From Octopus bimaculoides (taxonomy: Eukaryota): DNA of 46,171 nucleotides. Below the pieces are notes generated by a model that saw only the letters and a program-made list of their open reading frames with translations, was not told the origin of the DNA and did not search any database. A program made the position numbers and the translations under genes. Shown one piece after another: positions 38,841-46,171 of this stretch. The stretch lies in contig NC_068981.1 of the NCBI RefSeq assembly GCF_001194135.2, positions 88,427,412 through 88,473,582 of the forward strand. The letters are read 5' to 3'. Within the stretch, counting starts at the first letter, position 1, and each line of letters begins with the position of its first letter.

Positions 38841-39437
38841 TACATGGGATCTTTTTTAAAACGGGGGCCACGTTTTTCATTAACGAAACACTTTGAAACT
38901 TGGAACACTGGTAGAATGTGTCATATAAAACATCTTTTTCTCTTAGTCTTCTTAAAAAAAAAAAGAAATCCCTAAGTTATTCCATGTTAAAGTTGTCGTA
39001 TTTCTGTAATTTCAACCAATCACTGACGTCCATTCAGCCGGTATACATTAAGTGCCGACTACATAAACAAACGACTCTGAAACAATTAACCCTAACCCTA
39101 ACCCTAACCTTAACCATAGGGTTAGGGTTAGGGTTAGGGTTAAAGCAAATTTAAAATGAAAAAAGCAAATAAAACGAAGGTATGAAGATTAAATACGCTT
39201 TACATCGCTTAATCAGCCAAAGGAGTAAATATAAACAACTGAATACTTGTCAGTGATTGGTTGAAATTATCAAAATAAGACAATTTTTTACATGAAATAA
39301 ATTCGAATACAAAAATATTTTTCTGTTCTATAACACAAAATAGATAAGTATACGAAGTTTGAAAGTCTTTCCGTACCAAAAACACTACGTAAAACATTAA
39401 TGAAAAATGTGGCCCCCGTTTTAAAACAGATCCAGTA
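38841..39437. mobile_element. TA-flanked fold-back MITE with a central inverted telomeric repeat
   Basis: TIR GGATCT(T/G)TTTTAAAACGGGGGCCAC(G/A)TTTTTCATTAA at both ends, a second inverted block TAATTTCAACCAATCACTGAC, and centre (CCCTAA)3CCTTAACC-AT-AGGG(TTAGGG)3TTAA. Confidence 0.85.
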
Positions 39438-41744
39438 CATGATACCAAGTAGTATTTATATGCGATCGCATACTTTGATGACCACTCAGAGACTAACCGT
39501 ATAATGCAGCATTCTAGCCTCTGAAGATGGGACCAGAATCGGCTGCGTTGAGGATGCGAAGTAATGATGACCAACTTTTGTCGAACACATTTAACTGAAC
39601 CTAAAGCGACTTGAGTTCCTCCGAAGACCGATCTATATCTAACTCTCTACAGTGTGTAACACGTGCAGAGTTTGTGTTGATTTGATCTTTCTAAATTTGT
39701 GTGGGTCCAACGACACTAACAGAGAATAGTTGACAAACATAGACACCTATTGTGGAAGTTATAGATTTTCCTTGTTAGAAAATTTATCTGCTAACAACAC
39801 CCACCCCAGGTGGGAATAGCTTCGTGAAGCAGTGTTTAGTCACGTGAAGGAAAGAAAGGCGGGAGAGTTATCAGGAGAGAGTCTTCTTACAGGCTCCGTT
39901 TTACTTGTGAGAAAGACTTTAACTCCACAAGAACTCGTTCACATCGCCTGGAAATAGTCTCCTTTACTTGTGCATATCTGATAGTCCTTTGAATAACAGC
40001 CTGCCTTGGTTTATTTTTGGAGGATTCTCTTTATTTCCTCCCTTCTTTAGAATGAATTTCTCTCTCTTCTCCTTTGTATCAGCTACCTGCTTCACGTCAC
40101 TCTTTCAAACAACTATGAATCCAACCAATCAAAAGTTATCACCTTTTTGAGGGTATTTCGGCTCAGAGTTTCTCGAGCTTTCTTATTCAATAATTTAGAT
40201 AGAAGAGGAAGAACAGTGTTTATAAACTTTGAAGTTCTTCCCAGGTGGGCGTGGTTGGTGCAGGTAATATTCAACTTGAACATTTGTTGGTTAATGGTTG
40301 TAGGAAAGCATGGGTGAGGTGAGAATTCCAGAAGGTGCAGTCCCATGGAGTAAAGAGAGAGAGAGTGTGTGTGTGTGGTAGTGAGGGTAGTATTTCGTGC
40401 GAGGTCCGTTGAAATACTAAGATTGATGATGGTTAGTGGAGAGACAGATAATTCTGGGTGGAGAGGATATGAAGCCAGCTTATATGAAGAACTTAAATAG
40501 AAAAAGAGAATGAGTGACTTCTTTTCAATATATTTCTGTTCCTCCTTGTAATTAAGGCTCGTGTTCATGTCATCCGCACCACCATGTCAGTTCTACAAGG
40601 CCAAATCTATGATCAGAGTCATTCAAACCAGATCGTCCCATCTTTTCTCTGGAGCATAATGGACCCAAAACTACATTAACCAACGTGTCTTCCAACATAT
40701 AACACAATAGGGTTTAATTTGAGGGATATTTAGCTGGTACTTTTATCAAATCAAATGATTATGGATAGGCTACCTTGGTGGTTCACCATAAACGATGTAG
40801 CACAATATAGTGTCAGACTTTAGAGCTTTGGTTCCATATTGGAACAGGGCTGAAGAGGGAACTTCTATCGTAGATTTTCACTCTTCAGCTACTTTCTTGA
40901 GCCCTGAATGTCCTGAAGGCAGCTGCACATTATTCCCTATGACTGAAGTACGTATTTCACTGAACCCGGTGAACGTAGTCTTTCCGACAGTCAAGAAACT
41001 TATCTTTGGTTGGAACCAATACTGACCTTTGGTTCTGGTTCATTTTGGGATCGTTGTTTTATTGCTTTGTTTTCGATTTTGCTATCTTATTACCAGCTTT
41101 GAGAGCCGAAAACCATCAGATGGGCTCGCTGTCACACAGGGAGTATTGTAGATTTTTTTGTCTGTCATCATTTGTCTTATATCCCATTCAGAGCATGCGG
41201 AATGGCTTGGGATTTCTCAAGTGCGAGTACGATCTAAAAAAAAAAAAAAAAGTCATGCTCATTCAGATTCAGTTGTTACTGTATTCGGGGTTATATCGAC
41301 AATCTCTACTAAATGTATTTTAAAAGCTTAAGTATATCAAAGGTTATCGTTGTTGATATCTTTATTTTATTGACTTTCTAAAACCTTTTACTAAAAAGCA
41401 GTGTTTCTGTGTGTCGGACTGCTGTAACATTTTTCTACACTGTCCTCTGCACTGAAAAGAACTTCAGTGAAACCAAAATCGAAGTCTCTAATTTCATTTT
41501 AATTTATGGTGTTTGGTCTTGAATTACTTTTTTTCTGGGAGTATAATCTCTTCCTTAACACGAAGCGCCTCCACGCAGTTACACGTTTTGCCAGAAACAA
41601 CAGCCACATTTCCTTCAAACCAGTGACATAAAAAAGGAAATACATTGAATAATGTGGTCTGGGAATGCACTGTCTGCAAAAAAGTCAGAATGGCTACAAC
41701 TAGAATGTCTTTGGTCTGCTCAATTAAGACATATTTAGACATCA

Positions 41745-42412
41745 GATGCGGGGGTGGGATGTGCTCCAGTTCTTCGTAACAGTGCGGATTTTCTTTAATC
41801 CAGAAATAAATATTCCTAGCCCGGCCACTATGGTAAATTGCACGTTGTGGGATTGTTGGAAACACATCAAGAAACCGTCTATATGCCACACGTCTTTTGT
41901 CTCTGTCGTTATCGCTTAGTTCGTTGATGAACGTTGGCCTAAACGATTTCAAATGAAGGTCCTTTGTCATGTGTGTCAACCTTTCGGCTTTTAGAATTCG
42001 TAGCTCAGAAGACCGATTTCGCAGTGACTTCGAGGTTGATCGTAGCACAGATGCCTCCACGTCTGCACATGTATCCCTTCGCATTGAGGGTCGTCCTGTC
42101 CTCAGTTTGTCCTTAATTGATCCTGTCAGAAACATTTTATGTTCTCAACGCCGTATCGTCTTCTTCGGAGGGGCTAATCTGCTGAATCTTGCAGTGAAGC
42201 CATGTCGCACATCCTCCATGCTCTTGCGAGAATGCCAGAATGTGCTCATACACTTGCAATCAACTTCTCTTCCAAACTGTAGGATCTCGAGTTAGCCATC
42301 TGAAATAAAAAAATCAAAACAATATTTACAGGGTTGACAAGAGTTTCGGCAATCTGAAATAGAAAATTAAAACAATATTTACAGGTGGTGACAAGACTTT
42401 TGGGCCACCCTG
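41745..42412 (-). mobile_element. Tc1/mariner-superfamily transposase relic (DUF4817-type HTH; rosa/Tc3-like), 5' half only
   Basis: TIR CAGGGTGGCCCAAAAGTC ends at 42412 with TA at 42413-14. ATG at 42299: MANSRSYSLEEKLIASV*AH / ...FTARFSRLAPPKKTIRR*EHKMFLTGSIKDKLRTGRP...SKSLRNRSSEL...KDLHLKSF...NIYFWIKENPH. Truncated before the later catalytic residues. Confidence 0.85.
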
Positions 42413-44136
42413 TACATTACCAGAATGTCTTTTTACTTTTAAAGTCAGTGAGGTATAAATTGATATAAATTTGATTGTTAACTCTAACAAGTAGAACGAC
42501 TACGTAGAAAATTCTCAGTTTACTCGGCAAGATATATTTGTAGTTTGTGGTCTTTGAACCATGATTCAATACTCAGCTCTGTAATTAGCGGCTATTTATT
42601 TATAGACTGCAAATAAGATCTTGCTTCAAATGCCACATTTTCACACATTATTTGCATAATTAATGTCCTTCAGACTGGATAAAACTGCTTTGGTATGAAG
42701 ATGTAATATTTTACCCGATCAACAAACTACTTTTTTTCGCTTGTCATACTCAACATTTACATCTTTTTATATAACCTTTATATAAATCTCTCGTAATATT
42801 GCGATATAAACGTCACTTTGCAACACTCAGAAAAATAATCAATTCTGCATGTTAGAACAATTAGTTTTATTCTGATATAATTTTGTGGTTAAAGGCCTAA
42901 GTATATGGACATACATACATACATGTATGTATGTATCATCATCATGATCATCATTTAACGTTTGTTTTCCACACTGGCATGGGTTGGACGGTTTGTTAGG
43001 AGCTGGCATGAAAGTTTAGTCTTCTTTTAAGGGACATGGTAGGCTGCTGCAAAACGTGCAGTTTCTTAGAGAGACGAAGATCACTATGTGCTCGGATGAT
43101 TAAGAAAGACTCTTGTCAAATGTACCTCTGAGTAAAGTATTCCTCTGATCTCGAAGTTTCCAGATAAAATGAGACAGGAAGGTGGAATTTTTCTTTCTCT
43201 GAACTTATAGGAGTACACATGCTGGGTTAATCTTCCCTTAAAATTGTTGGCTATGAGTCTTATGTAGTTGCTCAGGATACCATAAAATAGAGTGGAGAAG
43301 GTCCTGGGAAGGCAGAGTCATTTTAATGGATAGATGGATTGATTCCGCCAGTTCCAAGCGGGTATCTGGAATAGGGACTGCGTTGGAGTATGTTTTTTTC
43401 TGTTCTTGCATGCGATGTTATCTGGGTAGAAACAACTAACGAAAACGTTATGTACATTAAAAAGCTTGCGGTATTTACATGCGCGAGATTTGGTGAAATA
43501 TTCGTAGTTCAATAACTGGCGGTCTTGTGAGTGTTAGACAGAGTGGCTTTTGAGGAAGTACAGAATGCCAACGTTCATAGTGAAGTTGGAATATCATGTA
43601 GCCTGGACACAGAGATTTGTTAGAGATAGGGAATGACGGATTCAGGTCTTAAAGAAGTATTGTAATTTGCTTATTCTGGTTTCAAATATAAGGATTAGAA
43701 AAAATTCTGAGTCTACATATTGTACATAGTTCACTACTTGTAACATATACAGCCATCAAAACAAGGAAGTGCCACTGATTTTGTCACGGTTTTTTGTTTC
43801 ATTGATTCCATGAGAGTCTTTTCTCGTTGAAAACTATTGCAGTTAGGATGTCCAGTTTCTTTTTAATCAATAATTAATAAGCAAAAAACAAACAAACAAT
43901 AAAAACCAACAAAAACAAAAACAAAAGAAAAGAAAAAACAAAACAAAACGAAACTCAAACACAAAAATTAACAAAGAAAAAAGCATACGTAAGATTTATT
44001 CTTGTGAAAGAGGTATTAAGTTATTAAGTACGTAGGCAACTTAATGCCATACGTCATATACGACAAAGAAATGCAACAGAAATACTTTTATATGCAGTAA
44101 AGACATAGAGCAATGCGGTTTCTTGAAGCTATTACA

Positions 44137-44168
44137 AACAACAACAACAACAGCAACAGCTGCTGCTG

Positions 44169-44236
<68 letters not shown>
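44137..44236. repeat. Compound trinucleotide microsatellite (AAC)n-(AGC)-(TGC)n-(TAC)n
   Basis: Read directly from the sequence. Confidence 0.95.
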
Positions 44237-44237
<1 letters not shown>

Positions 44238-44949
44238 TTCCAGCAATAAATATGTGAACTACGTGCAAAGGGAATAATAGTTTAGATTTTAGAATAATGG
44301 TTCCGCTCTCGAACTGCTTAGATTTTCAAACTTTGCAAACTGGAAAACCGCAACAGAATATCTCGCCCCACCGAAACAAAACAAAATAAAGCATCACAAT
44401 AAACATTAATGTACATGACTTCAAGAGTATTTTGTGTATCTGTTTATAGNNNNNNNNNNNNNNNNNNNNNNNNNNNNNNNNNNNNNNNNNNNTATTAGAA
44501 TGTCAAATAAATCATATATAAAAAAAAAACAAGATTGAGACACAGAAAAAGAAAAGAAAAAAAAACATTTCTTTTCACTTTTTATACATTAGTCATGTCT
44601 ACAGCAACACAACCAGCCAAAATGCAAGCAGGCGTTTCTCTCTATCAGAGAACGAGGCATCCTTCCATGAACAGCTAATTTGAAGCTATACTTTTCACAC
44701 CTATTATTGATGATTCGGCTATTTTAGTTTGTTAATAGGATTATAAATAATTAAGATTCTCTCACTCTCACTTAGTCACTCACTGTCGGCTCCGGCACTT
44801 TCTCTCTTTACATCGTGGCAGTCTGCCAAATATTTCACTAAAGTTTCCGGAGAGTCATATTTTGCCAATTCCTGCTCTAACTAATTAATACTTTGTGTTT
44901 GTGCTTAGCAGAAGCCAAATGACCAAGGAGATGAAGTATTACGCAATCA

Positions 44950-45749
44950 GCAGCTCATCGATTGTGAGATCAAATAAACTCTAGCCGTTTCAGTGCTGAT
45001 TTGGACACAACGTCTACCTTATTTCATCTGGTTGACGGGTAATAGGTCTCCAAAGTGCAATGTTATTTGTGTGTGAGATGTTCCAATTACGGCGACGACA
45101 TACAGTAAACTTTATTCTGTATTAGGCGGGAATGCAACGCGCATGCTTGAATTACAATGAAAGAGCAATATCTCTACTGATGGATATTGTATTAGATTTG
45201 GCACTCCTTGTTGATTTTCTGGAACGTGACTGTACCATAAACAATAAGCGGCACACTGAGGCACTCAAAATGATTAGAAAAGTTATTAGGAAGAAAAAAA
45301 AACCCACAAAATAACCCGAAGAAGCATCTGAAAATGGCTCGCATCATAACAAAATACGACTACTCACACTTTTGGCAGCAACTCAAGCAATCGGAGAACT
45401 GGGTTAGTTAGTGTTCTCCATTCCACCATACAGCCCATGTCTGAGATCCTCTGACTTCCACCTGTTCGGTCCAATGAAGGACAATCTTCAGGAAAACATT
45501 TTGATTACATAGACAGGGAGAAAGTGATTGTGAAGAAAAGTGGACACAACTTCACATATGAATTTTTCCAAAGAGTATTCGAGTGTTTGGTTCAACGGTG
45601 GAGCAAATGCACTGTGATAAAAACTATGATGAGTAGCGCCTTTGTAGGGAGAAAACAGTCATTTAACCAACATGTGCAATTTGGTTAACCCTATGTCAGT
45701 TAGTATAAAAGTTATACTCACTTCTGCATTACTTCCGGTATAACTCTCA
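44950..45749 (+). mobile_element. Degenerate mariner transposase, 3' part with TIR
   Basis: ITGD(E)T-like motif at about 45086, LLVDFLERDCTINNKRHTEALKMIRK, and PPYSPCLRSSDFHLFGPMK (45423-45479). Terminal ATTACTTCCGGTATAACTCTCAT resembles a mariner TIR. Confidence 0.8.
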
Positions 45750-45828
<79 letters not shown>

Positions 45829-45867
45829 GTGCGTATGCGTATGTATATGTTTATATATAGTTGTGTG

Positions 45868-45920
<53 letters not shown>

Positions 45921-45990
45921 ATGTATATGTTGTGTGTGTGTGTATGTGTGCGCGTGCATGTGTATATGTATGTATATAGTTGTGTATGTA
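45750..45990. repeat. (GT)n/(TA)n compound microsatellite
   Basis: Read directly. Other simple repeats at about 10-205 (CT/TA), 26430-26522 (CT/CA) and 46128-46171 (CA). Confidence 0.95.
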
Positions 45991-46125
45991 TACTGGGCAA
46001 TTCTGAAGGTGAACGAGCTTTATACTGTGCTCTACCAAGTTCCTAGCGGAATATACCATAACTAAATATTAACATTGTCCATAAGCATCCACTAACTATT
46101 CCTGCTACTAATTCCTTCCACTACG

Positions 46126-46171
<46 letters not shown>

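Noticed and set aside
39086-39143. Chromosome end-to-end fusion scar
   Set aside because: The repeat order is C-rich then G-rich, opposite to a fusion, and it lies symmetrically inside a MITE.
39515-39555. CTGAAGATGGGACC...CGTTGAGG, hammerhead-like
   Set aside because: The GAAA core and the 3' strand of stem II are missing.
40113-40568. 151-aa minus-strand ORF
   Set aside because: No splice support. Only a weak resemblance to an L2/CR1 ORF2 tail, too faint to list as a feature.
44590-44710. Minus-strand stretch CEKYSFKLAVHGRMPRSLIERNACLHFGWLCCCRHD* as a terminal exon
   Set aside because: Weak acceptor and no recognisable homology.
45718-46065. His/Thr- and Val/Cys-rich ORFs here and at 27-254, 26363-26554 and 44041-44268, and all ORFs running through N gaps
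   Set aside because: These are translations of microsatellites or of unknown bases.

Overview
AT-rich, microsatellite- and retroelement-dense eukaryotic scaffold with six N gaps. The repeat families are consistent with an octopus/coleoid cephalopod, which is an inference and was not searched. Two spliced genes lie head-to-head about 1 kb apart. On +, a complete 7-exon proteasome subunit beta-5 gene (PSMB5, 282 aa, 13496-28242). On -, a 2-exon 67-aa SMIM13-like small membrane protein (12492-2656) that the ORF track misses. The rest is mostly SINEs, RTE LINE fragments, Tc1/mariner relics and fold-back MITEs. The most unusual signals are four. (1) Several Penelope-like (PLE) relics carry type-I hammerhead ribozymes, including a TSD-bounded 435-bp insertion in which a tRNA-like Pol III promoter sits directly upstream of the hammerhead. 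(2) A fold-back MITE has an inverted (CCCTAA)n/(TTAGGG)n telomere palindrome at its centre. (3) An RTE family has a PHD-type zinc finger inserted inside its reverse transcriptase. (4) Long fold-backs lie inside PSMB5 introns. Repeat boundaries were read by eye and are approximate unless a TSD or TIR is given.
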